IMG/VR virus record: IMGVR_UViG_3300036982_000212
Span: 1 to 29,699 of that record
Direction: 5' to 3' (one strand)
Length of the DNA: 29,699 nt
Source of the DNA: a virus
Taxonomy: Duplodnaviria; Caudoviricetes
This document shows positions 1-7,244 of the stretch, one piece after another. The notes beneath the pieces were generated by a model. That model was not told where the DNA came from, did not search any database, and worked only from the letters and a program-made list of their open reading frames with translations. Both the position numbers and the translations under genes were made by a program. Within the stretch, counting starts at the first letter, position 1. Each line of letters opens with the position of its first letter.

Positions 1-2074
1 CAATAGTACCAGCCACGATGTCCTGAATCTGCTCCTCGGACATACCGGCCTGCACGGCGGAGATACGCTGCGTCTCGGCTTGGTAAGCCTTGATTTCAGC
101 CTCGTAGTCCTTCCGCTGCTGCTCCTGCGCCTCGATAGACTTGGCGACGTTCTGCAGCATCTGGTGCATCTGCTCCATCTCCTGCCCCATCGCTTGAATC
201 TGCTGATTCGCGGCTTCCAAGGCGGGATTCTCGTCGTTGTCTTGCAGCAATTTGGGGTCAATCGTCTTCTGCAGACGCTTCGCCATTTCCTGAGCACCCG
301 GCCAGTCCATGTTCTTCACGAACAAGTCACCAGCCACCTGCCACAACTGCGGGTTGCCCTGCAGAATCTGCGACATGGCTTCCATCGACTCCTGACGCTT
401 GGTCATGTACGACGGGCCAGTAGTCACGCAGACATCGTACTTGCCGACAGACGGATTGTAGATTTTCTCAATCACAATGCCGTTTTCGTCCACGATTTCG
501 CGGACAGGCTCGGGCTGCTGGGGGTCAATCCGCGCAGTCTTTGTCTCACCGTCAATGCCGATGATGCGGGCAATGCGCTGGGTGTCGTAAATCTTGGGGA
601 TAAGGTCAACAAGTTGGCGCGTGACGTAGCGGATGGCGCGAGCCAGGTTGTCAACGTAGTGGTATGTGCCGGTGTCGCCTTGCCGTTCACGCGCCAAAAT
701 TGCCTTGCCGGAACGCTCGTTAGAGGTCGCGCCAATGCTTGAGTCGTACTGTCCAGTGGTGGCCTTGATGTCGTCAGACGCACCAGCCTTAGCCTGCAGC
801 AGTCCCGAGGACGCCATAGGCGGCTGTGCGCGTGATGGCAGCGGCAACACCGAACCCGAGCCGTCCGTAACGTCAGGGTTGACCTCAAGGTACGGCCAGT
901 TGTTGGTGTTGGCAGTCTTCCACTGCTGCTCGTAGCCCTCAAACTGCCCACCGTAACCAATAAACGGGGCTTTCGGGGCAAGGGCAAGCATCTCGGCTTC
1001 TTGGGAAACCCAGTAGTTGTACATCCGCTGGGCATCCTTGGCATTACGCACAAGACCCGAAACGTACATCCGACCGTCAATTTCCCACTCGTTGCCAACC
1101 ACGCGGACAACCGGAATAGACTCACCAACCCAGTCCTGACACTCCAGCATCTGGTAACCGTTGGTCTTGCACCACTTTACGGTTTTCACGTCCGTGGGAC
1201 GCTGGCGCAGGATGGGCATACCCATCGCCTCGGCACGCTTGGCCTCGGGCGAACCCTGAATAGCCGTGACGTTACCGGGGTACAGGTTGAGCGTCTTGCG
1301 CTCATGCTCGATGTAGAAGTATTCAGCGATACGGACGGTTCTGTCGCTAATCCACTGCGACAAACCTTGGTCGCCGATACCCCGCGTCATAATAGACGAG
1401 ATAGGCTCGGCATCCGGAAACTGCCGTTCGTACTCATCCATCGTCAGGTCTTCAGTGATGAAGCACCACTGGGCATCCGACCCGCAAGGGTCTTGGATGG
1501 TGGGGTCCATGTACACGGAAAACGAGTTACGGATGCGCTGAATGCGAATGTCTTGGTCAAAGGTGTTTTCATCGCAGTACTCGGTGAGTACGCGAATGTA
1601 ACCCTCGCCGTAGGTGACTTGGTTGTCACAGGCGGTGTCGTAGGCAACGTCGGCATCTGAGATGTACTCAATGTGCCGCACGATGCCGTCAAATATCTCG
1701 GCGACCTGTAGGTCAGCCTTGTCATCCACGGGGATGACTTTTCCCGAGGGCCGGTTCTGCCGTTGGTCGTTGGTGACCTGACGAACGTGCTGCGGCAGCT
1801 TATTGATGGTCAGACAGGGGCGAGCATTGATGGTCTGCCCCTGCACCGACCCTCGGGTCGCTAGTACGTCTGCGGGCCACTGCCACTGGTTGTCAGGGCT
1901 AGCGGCGAGGAATCGCAAATCGTCCAACTCGTCTTCGCGGGAATCCGCATACGCAGAAACAGCCTGCGTAAAGCGAGTCCGAGCGACGGCGAGGATGTCA
2001 GTGGCATCCTTGTCACGGCGGGAGGATGGGCTATTTGCCACCCGTGCCGCGCCAATCATGCCGGTGTCTGCCAT
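1..2074 (-). CDS. P22-like portal protein (3' end beyond the left edge of the window)
   Basis: Absent from the ORF track because it runs off the edge. Read from ATG at 2074: MADTGMIGAARVANSP...DELDDLRFLAASPDNQWQWP...ARPCLTINKLPQHVRQVTNDQRQNRPSGKVIPVDDKAD; the RPCLTINKL...NDQRQNRP signature is typical of P22-like portals. The frame is consistent at the left edge and the gene lies downstream of terL. Confidence 0.92.
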   Translation of the reverse strand, partial: MADTGMIGAARVANSPSSRRDKDATDILAVARTRFTQAVSAYADSREDELDDLRFLAASPDNQWQWPADVLATRGSVQGQTINARPCLTINKLPQHVRQVTNDQRQNRPSGKVIPVDDKADLQVAEIFDGIVRHIEYISDADVAYDTACDNQVTYGEGYIRVLTEYCDENTFDQDIRIQRIRNSFSVYMDPTIQDPCGSDAQWCFITEDLTMDEYERQFPDAEPISSIMTRGIGDQGLSQWISDRTVRIAEYFYIEHERKTLNLYPGNVTAIQGSPEAKRAEAMGMPILRQRPTDVKTVKWCKTNGYQMLECQDWVGESIPVVRVVGNEWEIDGRMYVSGLVRNAKDAQRMYNYWVSQEAEMLALAPKAPFIGYGGQFEGYEQQWKTANTNNWPYLEVNPDVTDGSGSVLPLPSRAQPPMASSGLLQAKAGASDDIKATTGQYDSSIGATSNERSGKAILARERQGDTGTYHYVDNLARAIRYVTRQLVDLIPKIYDTQRIARIIGIDGETKTARIDPQQPEPVREIVDENGIVIEKIYNPSVGKYDVCVTTGPSYMTKRQESMEAMSQILQGNPQLWQVAGDLFVKNMDWPGAQEMAKRLQKTIDPKLLQDNDENPALEAANQQIQAMGQEMEQMHQMLQNVAKSIEAQEQQRKDYEAEIKAYQAETQRISAVQAGMSEEQIQDIVAGTI

Positions 2075-2080
2075 ATGCGG

Positions 2081-2497
2081 TTACAGGCAGTGAATGACAG
2101 CGAAGTTCAGCACCACGGCTTCGGCCAACGCAGTAGCAGCCGTAGTGTTGCGCAGCACGATAACCGCCGAGCCAGCGGCAAGGCTGTCAACCCACACCTG
2201 ATACGAGTTGGCAGTGTTGCCCGTGGACAACTGCACAACGAGGATGTCGTTGACGCTAAGGTTGTCGTTGTTAAACGTGAACGACACGTTGGTTACGCCC
2301 GCAAGGCTGGCAGCGTTCATCGTGATACGGCCAGCCGACTTGTTCAGCGAGACGGCAGTACTCTTGCTTGTGGCCTGCGTGACGGTGCCTTGAGCGTCGG
2401 TCGTGTAACCAAACTCGTCGGAGGCGAGAACCTTGTCCGCGCCGATGATGTTCTGGTCTTCGTAGGCGACGCCAATTGGCTTCGTGTTAACGGTCAT
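2081..2497 (-). CDS. Small Ala/Thr/Val-rich putative virion structural protein
   Basis: ATG at 2497 lies 2 nt after the terL stop (MTVNTKPIGVAYEDQ...). Beta-strand-like composition; located between terL and portal. Confidence 0.7.
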   Translation of the reverse strand: MTVNTKPIGVAYEDQNIIGADKVLASDEFGYTTDAQGTVTQATSKSTAVSLNKSAGRITMNAASLAGVTNVSFTFNNDNLSVNDILVVQLSTGNTANSYQVWVDSLAAGSAVIVLRNTTAATALAEAVVLNFAVIHCL

Positions 2498-2499
2498 TT

Positions 2500-4032
2500 T
2501 TAGGCTCCCATCCAAGAATTGCTGACAGTGCCGTCCCTGTAGGTTCGGACGGGGTTTCGCGCAGTATACTCCCGATGCGCCACAGGGAAAGCAAAAGTTA
2601 CCGCGATGGCATCCGCAGCGTCCGGGGAGGGTAGTCCACGGGACTTCATGTCCTTTTTGCTTTCGAGCTGGATAGCCCCCGAGGAGTCGATAATCTTGCG
2701 GGGGTTGACCAAGTCAGACTTGAGTTGCCGGTCCTCCTTCATAGAGGCGGTCTTTAGCCAGTCCCGCATGGCACCCCATATCTCGGCGCGCTTGTTTTTC
2801 CACGCCACGGGATTCTTGGCCTTCCAGCCAAAGTTCACGCCCCGGACCTTGTACTTTTGCTCGGTTAGGCGGTCTAGGATGCCGTACCCCAGCCCGCCTT
2901 CGTCTATCACCGTCAGGGTAGGCCGGAAGTCCTCAATCGCCTCAATCACCCGCCCAACGATAGCCATCGTGTCCTCACCGGAGTACCGGCGGATAGCGAC
3001 CAAGTCGCGCCCCTTCCGCACCGCAATTACGGTGGAGTCTAGTCCCCCACGGGCGGGGTCTACCCCGATGACCACGGCAGCGTTCTCGTCCTTGTAGGCG
3101 GGGCGCTTAAACGCCTCATCCACCCAGTGGGCAGCGATAAACTGGTCGTCGCCGGAGGACGGGAACTCCCCGTACACCTCAACCTTAGCCTGGGGTGAAT
3201 CCTCGCCGTATTCCTCAATGATTTGCTTGTAGACAGCGTTGTCGGTGCCTTCTACGTCTAGCGAGTTGATGCTACGGGATGTCCAAAACGCGCGTTTAGC
3301 GTTAAAACACTCAAAAAAGTAGCCGTTAGGGCGGCGGGGGTTAGAAAACGCCATCCAAAAGCGGTTTGGCGTGTTCTCGGTGAAAAAACCTTGGCTAACG
3401 TCCCAGATTGCGTCCGGAATACCGCTGGCTTCGTCAAAAATGACCATCACGCCGTCGTGGTTATGCACACCAGCGTAGGAATCTGGGTTCTCCGCAGACC
3501 ACAGGCGGCCTTCTACCGACCAGTAGCGCGTACCCTTACGCAAATCACGCTCTACCAACTCCGCAACCCACTTAGCGGGCATGACACGGGTAGCCGATAT
3601 CTCAAACCAGTGGCTGTTTATCAGCATCGCCAGCCACTTAGTGATTTCCGCCCATGTCACCGAGCGCAACTGGGCTTCCGAGTTAGCCGAGACGATGATG
3701 GTAGACCCGATGCGGGTAGTGACCATCCACAGGATGAGCCACGACACTAGTGCCGACTTGCCGATACCGCGACCGGAGGCAACCGCCAAGCGGAATACAT
3801 CGAATGTTTCCGCGTCTACCTTGCCGTTGTTCGCCGCGATGTGCGTCTTCAGGTCACGCAACACCTCCCGCTGCCACTTACGCGGTCCACGGAAGTGTTC
3901 TAGCGGCGTACCCTTTTCACCCCACGGGAAGGCGAAGTTTACGAACGCCTCTGGGTCGTTGGCTATGGCGGGTGACCATAGTTTAGCCATGAGCAATTGC
4001 TCATCGGCAGAGGAGTATCGCGGTTCCTGCAT
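2500..4032 (-). CDS. terL: Terminase large subunit
   Basis: 510 aa with Walker A (ASGRGIGKS), Walker B (VIFDEASG), coupling motif (FSNP) and RNase H-like nuclease acidic motifs (IGVDPARGG, SPDAADA). Confidence 0.96.
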   Translation of the reverse strand: MQEPRYSSADEQLLMAKLWSPAIANDPEAFVNFAFPWGEKGTPLEHFRGPRKWQREVLRDLKTHIAANNGKVDAETFDVFRLAVASGRGIGKSALVSWLILWMVTTRIGSTIIVSANSEAQLRSVTWAEITKWLAMLINSHWFEISATRVMPAKWVAELVERDLRKGTRYWSVEGRLWSAENPDSYAGVHNHDGVMVIFDEASGIPDAIWDVSQGFFTENTPNRFWMAFSNPRRPNGYFFECFNAKRAFWTSRSINSLDVEGTDNAVYKQIIEEYGEDSPQAKVEVYGEFPSSGDDQFIAAHWVDEAFKRPAYKDENAAVVIGVDPARGGLDSTVIAVRKGRDLVAIRRYSGEDTMAIVGRVIEAIEDFRPTLTVIDEGGLGYGILDRLTEQKYKVRGVNFGWKAKNPVAWKNKRAEIWGAMRDWLKTASMKEDRQLKSDLVNPRKIIDSSGAIQLESKKDMKSRGLPSPDAADAIAVTFAFPVAHREYTARNPVRTYRDGTVSNSWMGA

Positions 4033-4373
4033 TACTCTACGCTGGCGTAGGGGGACGGCATCTGCCCGTACATACTGTTCAGCGCGTTCTGCCCACGGTA
4101 CGGGCGCATACCACGGTTACGCATAAGCGGCTGCTGCTGTTGGCGCATACCCATCTGCGGGTAGCCCATCATCTGCGGCATCATCTGCCCGTAGGGTTGC
4201 GCAAAAGCCCCACCATAGCCCATACCCCCACTGCCACCAACAGTAAAAGGGTCACCACCGTACGAACCAGGCAGCACCATAGAGTTCTGACCCATACCAG
4301 AGGATTGACCATACTTAGGGGTACTCACAGGCATTTGGTAGTTAGGCATTCCGCCAAAGTTGGGATAGTTCAC
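4032..4373 (-). CDS. Low-complexity G/M/Q/P/Y-rich hypothetical protein
   Basis: GTG start overlaps the upstream stop (GTGA), preceded by a GGAGG RBS; its TAA overlaps the terL ATG (TAATG). It fills the terS-terL gap exactly. Confidence 0.75.
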   Translation of the reverse strand: MNYPNFGGMPNYQMPVSTPKYGQSSGMGQNSMVLPGSYGGDPFTVGGSGGMGYGGAFAQPYGQMMPQMMGYPQMGMRQQQQPLMRNRGMRPYRGQNALNSMYGQMPSPYASVE

Positions 4374-4789
4374 GCTACGTCCTCCGCAACAATCACGCGA
4401 GACTGTGCAGCCTCTAACGCCGCAACAATACTAATCTTCTGGTACACGTCCACGCTCACCTCCGACCGTGCCGTCCACCCAAACTGATGCTGCAACACCG
4501 ACAACGCAGCCTTGGCATCCCCGCCCTCCGCAGCCGAATACACAGTACGGCTAACGGCCAACTCTGCATCTGCACGACCCTTCTGCTCTGCCAGTTCGGC
4601 AATGGGGTCCATCTGGCACAACCGCCGATACTCACTAGGCAGCATCCCCGCAGCAAGGGCAAGCGAGTCACCCTTTAGCCCGAGACGTGCAGCTTCGTAG
4701 ATACCCTCCAGTGCCTCAGGGGTGGCACGCAACTCACGGGCAACCACAGGGATACTGCGGAACACAGTGGGGATGGTTGCGAGGTTCAT
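4370..4789 (-). CDS. Putative terminase small subunit
   Basis: 139 aa, helical/HTH-like N-terminal half, GDAKAALSVLQHQFGW segment resembling small terminases; first gene of the packaging operon. Confidence 0.7.
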   Translation of the reverse strand: MNLATIPTVFRSIPVVARELRATPEALEGIYEAARLGLKGDSLALAAGMLPSEYRRLCQMDPIAELAEQKGRADAELAVSRTVYSAAEGGDAKAALSVLQHQFGWTARSEVSVDVYQKISIVAALEAAQSRVIVAEDVA

Positions 4790-4800
4790 GGGGGGAGATT

Positions 4801-4806
4801 AGCATA
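4801..4806 (-). promoter_or_regulatory. Possible -10 element (TATGCT) of the late/packaging promoter
   Basis: TATGCT just upstream of the terS ATG, preceded by a T9 tract. No consensus -35 and no Shine-Dalgarno sequence. Confidence 0.35.
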
Positions 4807-4879
4807 CAAAAAAAAATTGTTCACGGGGGTACCGTTACAGTCACGGCCCTTGCGTCGGACCTACCCGGGGGGGATGGCG

Positions 4880-4976
4880 TGCTGCACTGCCGCATGGATG
4901 TTGCATAGCAACAATGCTGCATTGCGTCATGCGTGCTGCACTGCGTCATGCATAGCGTAGTGCTGCACTGCAGCAT
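4880..4976. repeat. Array of five degenerate 16-bp palindromic repeats, consensus TGCTGCA(C/T)TGCnnCAT
   Basis: TGCTGCACTGCCGCAT 4880-4895, TGTTGCATAGCAACAA 4899-4914, TGCTGCATTGCGTCAT 4915-4930, TGCTGCACTGCGTCAT 4934-4949, TGCTGCACTGCAGCAT 4961-4976. Confidence 0.85.
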
Positions 4977-5203
4977 GGCCAGTCACGTTCGCATCATGCG
5001 TGCCAGGCTAGCGTGCCAGTGCGCAGTGTCATGCGCTAGTGTTAGGTGAACAGTACTAGCAGGGTAGCAGTACAAGGGAAGTGAGTAAAACCCGTTTACC
5101 CTAAAAAGGGTTGTCACTTAGAATTTCACTGTGCGCGTGCGCATGTGTGTGTGAACATCCACAGTTATGTTGGTAGATGACCTTTTTCAGGGCAAACCAA
5201 CAC

Positions 5204-5222
5204 TGTACAAACTTTTTGTACA
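5204..5222. promoter_or_regulatory. Operator-like inverted repeat TGTACAAA-CTT-TTTGTACA
   Basis: Perfect 8-bp arms ending 6 bp upstream of the early -35 box. Confidence 0.55.
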
Positions 5223-5228
5223 AACCCC

Positions 5229-5257
5229 TTGCACATACACTTTTAGTAGTGCATACT
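5229..5257 (+). promoter_or_regulatory. Sigma70-type early promoter
   Basis: -35 TTGCAC (5229-5234), 17-bp spacer, -10 CATACT (5252-5257), AT-rich upstream. Followed by a GCCGC/GCGGC hairpin, a GGGAG RBS and ATG 5297. Confidence 0.75.
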
Positions 5258-5296
5258 TCCCCCATGCCGCAATTCAGCGGCGAATGGGAGAACGAG

Positions 5297-5446
5297 ATGA
5301 ACAAGCTTTTGAATGCATTCCGCGCAGAACCTACTGAAGTAAACCGCGCCAAGCTCGCCAAGTACCTGCAGAAGCATATGATGGCTCTTTGCCTGGCAAG
5401 CTCTGCAGAGATTGCGTTCCTGAAGTCGCACGGGTTTGCGGTATGA
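5297..5446 (+). CDS. Early hypothetical protein (49 aa)
   Basis: RBS GGGAG at 5286-5290; MNKLLNAFRAEPTEVNRAKLAKYLQKH...; ATGA overlap with the next gene. Confidence 0.75.
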   Translation: MNKLLNAFRAEPTEVNRAKLAKYLQKHMMALCLASSAEIAFLKSHGFAV

Positions 5447-5676
5447 ATCTCGCTACTCGCACTGATATGCAAACCGCATACCGTCAAAAATTCGCTAAGC
5501 GTGCAAACGAGTCTGTAGCCTTTTGGCTTGCTCGCATCAACTACGCTATCGCGGACATCCATGCAACATTCCCGCTGCACTCGCACGATAGCGAGTATGC
5601 GCAGCGCTTGTATCTTGAGCTGGATGAAGCTCGCGTTGCATTCCAACAAGCAAACCGCGTAAAAGTGGCCGCATGA
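5443..5676 (+). CDS. Early hypothetical protein (77 aa)
   Basis: ATGA coupling at both ends; MNLATRTDMQTAYRQKFAK...KVAA. Confidence 0.75.
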   Translation: MNLATRTDMQTAYRQKFAKRANESVAFWLARINYAIADIHATFPLHSHDSEYAQRLYLELDEARVAFQQANRVKVAA

Positions 5677-5807
5677 TTCCCGTAGGCTATCGTCCCATCC
5701 GCATCGCCAGCAACAAGCCCGCCATGCCGCGTTATGTGCTTGTTGCCTGGCTCGTTGCCTGTTTCATCCTGTACTGTTTCGCAGAGTACCACTACCCTAG
5801 CCTGTAA
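5673..5807 (+). CDS. Small predicted membrane protein (44 aa)
   Basis: Below the ORF-track cutoff. ATGA-coupled; MIPVGYRPIRIASNKPAMPRYVLVAWLVACFILYCFAEYHYPSL has one hydrophobic segment. Confidence 0.65.
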   Translation: MIPVGYRPIRIASNKPAMPRYVLVAWLVACFILYCFAEYHYPSL

Positions 5808-5880
5808 CCTTTCTGCTAGCGCATTGGAAACAGTGCGCTATCGGGAATCGTTCCACTAACACTATGCGCCATGCGCGCGA
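5797..5880 (+). promoter_or_regulatory. Structured leader element, copy 1 (long hairpin plus short hairpin before the RBS)
   Basis: TAGCGCATTG-GAAA-CAGTGCGCTA stem (5817-5840), then TATGCGCCATGCGCGCGA; homologous to 7154-7234. Confidence 0.7.
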
Positions 5881-5891
5881 AAGGACGAATT

Positions 5892-6668
5892 GTGAAATTA
5901 CTGAATGTTGACGCGAACGCAAAGACAATTAAAGGCCAAAAACGCGGTTTCATGACTGCAGTTTTGTACCTGTCGCCCGGTAACCTGTCCGGGACTGAAC
6001 TGTGCGCCATGTCCAAACTTGCAGGATGCCGCGTTGCTTGCCTGTCTACTGCAGGACGTGGTGGTATCGCCGCCGGTCGCGCAGTGTTTACCGCGCCTAA
6101 TGGCGATACGTTGCCAGACAATGCAATCCAGCACGCCAGGCTTGCGCGCACTGCACTATTCCTGAATGACAATGCAGCATTCATGGCGCAATTGGTGCGA
6201 GAGATTACCGCATTCGTTGCCAAAGCAAAGCGTGCAGGATTGGTGCCTGTTGTACGCTTGAATGGTACTAGCGACATTCGTTTCGAGGACATTCCCGTAC
6301 AAGGCAAGGCTAACGTGTTTGCACTGTTTCCGCGTATTCGTTTCTATGATTACACCAAACTACCCAACCGTAGGCGTGCCATTGGTGTGCGCAACTATTC
6401 CCTAACCTTTTCCTATTCCCATGTACCTGGGTTTGCGCCTGTGGTAGCGCGTGCTGTCGCCACCTATGGTGCCGGTGTTAACTACGCTGCCGTGTTTGCA
6501 GGTAAGACGCTACCGGCACACTTCCTAGGCCGTGCTGTGGTGAATGGTGACGAATCCGATTTGCGGTTTCTGGATAAGCCTGGCGTTGTCGTGGGTTTGA
6601 CTGCTAAGGGTAAGGCGCGTCGCGACACGTCTGGTTTTGTGGTTCCGCGCCAAGTGGTGGCCGCATGA
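5892..6668 (+). CDS. GP88-family (radical-SAM-like) phage protein
   Basis: GTG at 5892 after an AAGGA RBS. Motifs LYLSP...LCAMSKLAGCRVACLSTAGRG (C-x7-C-x3-C), RLNGTSD, FYDYTK, LTFSYS and NGDESDLRFLD, recognised as gene-product-88-like. Confidence 0.75.
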   Translation: MKLLNVDANAKTIKGQKRGFMTAVLYLSPGNLSGTELCAMSKLAGCRVACLSTAGRGGIAAGRAVFTAPNGDTLPDNAIQHARLARTALFLNDNAAFMAQLVREITAFVAKAKRAGLVPVVRLNGTSDIRFEDIPVQGKANVFALFPRIRFYDYTKLPNRRRAIGVRNYSLTFSYSHVPGFAPVVARAVATYGAGVNYAAVFAGKTLPAHFLGRAVVNGDESDLRFLDKPGVVVGLTAKGKARRDTSGFVVPRQVVAA

Positions 6669-6877
6669 CACTATCCTACGTATACGTACCTGGTCGCACT
6701 GTTTACCGTGTCCGTGACTGGCACGATAACGTCACAGTGCGCATAAACCACTATTCCGCGCGCTACAGCGTGACAATGCTGGATAACGATAGCGGCAACG
6801 TCCTACCTGTGGCGCGCACGTACTCGCGGTTTACGGATGCGTTGGCGTACGCTACTAGCCTAATGAGTGCCGCATGA
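6665..6877 (+). CDS. Early hypothetical protein (70 aa)
   Basis: ATGA coupling at both ends. Confidence 0.7.
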   Translation: MTLSYVYVPGRTVYRVRDWHDNVTVRINHYSARYSVTMLDNDSGNVLPVARTYSRFTDALAYATSLMSAA

Positions 6878-7152
6878 GCTGGTATACCCGTTTTCGTCCC
6901 ATGTCACCGGCCCCGTATACCGCCAACGGCGAGCCGTTTAGCCTGCTATGTATTGGTGACTGTGGCGGTACTGTGGCCAGTACTGCCGCATTCTGTGACG
7001 TCACCGACAAGCCTGGCGCATTCTACTGCCAATCCTGTGCCGCGCGTTATGCGTGCGAGGGATGCATGGGCCGTGGCTGGCATGACGGCATAGTGACAAT
7101 GGAAGAGACGCAATGCGGCCATTGTGCCGGTACTGGTATTGATTACCGCTAG
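6874..7152 (+). CDS. Cys-rich putative zinc-binding protein (92 aa)
   Basis: CIGDC, CQSC, CEGCMGRG and CGHCAGTG; the last two are DnaJ-type CxxCxGxG repeats. Confidence 0.7.
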   Translation: MSWYTRFRPMSPAPYTANGEPFSLLCIGDCGGTVASTAAFCDVTDKPGAFYCQSCAARYACEGCMGRGWHDGIVTMEETQCGHCAGTGIDYR

Positions 7153-7153
7153 C

Positions 7154-7234
7154 CTAGCCTAACCTGTTAGCCCATTGCCTGCAGTGGGCTAGCGGGTAAC
7201 CGTTAGGGTTATAGTTATGCGCCATTGTGCGCGA
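7154..7234 (+). promoter_or_regulatory. Structured leader element, copy 2
   Basis: TAGCCCATTG-CCTG-CAGTGGGCTA stem (7168-7191), extended by CCTAAC/GTTAGG, then TATGCGCCATTGTGCGCGA; homologous to copy 1. Confidence 0.7.
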
Positions 7235-7244
7235 GGGGTAAACC

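Noticed and set aside
80-2093. Long ORFs in the track over the portal region (80-742 +, 472-1128 -, 1001-1660 + and others)
   Set aside because: Antisense or off-frame shadows of the portal gene, which the track omits only because it runs off the edge; no RBS or motifs.
4880-4976. Repeat array as a CRISPR or mini-CRISPR array
   Set aside because: Units are 16 bp and degenerate, separated by only 0-11 bp; there are no spacer-length sequences and no cas genes.
5101-5649. 182-aa minus-strand ORF
   Set aside because: Antisense to the coupled early genes and runs through the promoter; sequence is not protein-like.
5797-5880. Leader hairpins as tRNA or intrinsic terminators
   Set aside because: No cloverleaf or T-loop consensus, and no U tract after the stems.
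5871-5891. Track start at ATG 5871 for the GP88-like gene
   Set aside because: It lies inside the conserved leader hairpin; GTG 5892 has the RBS and matches the start position in copy 2.
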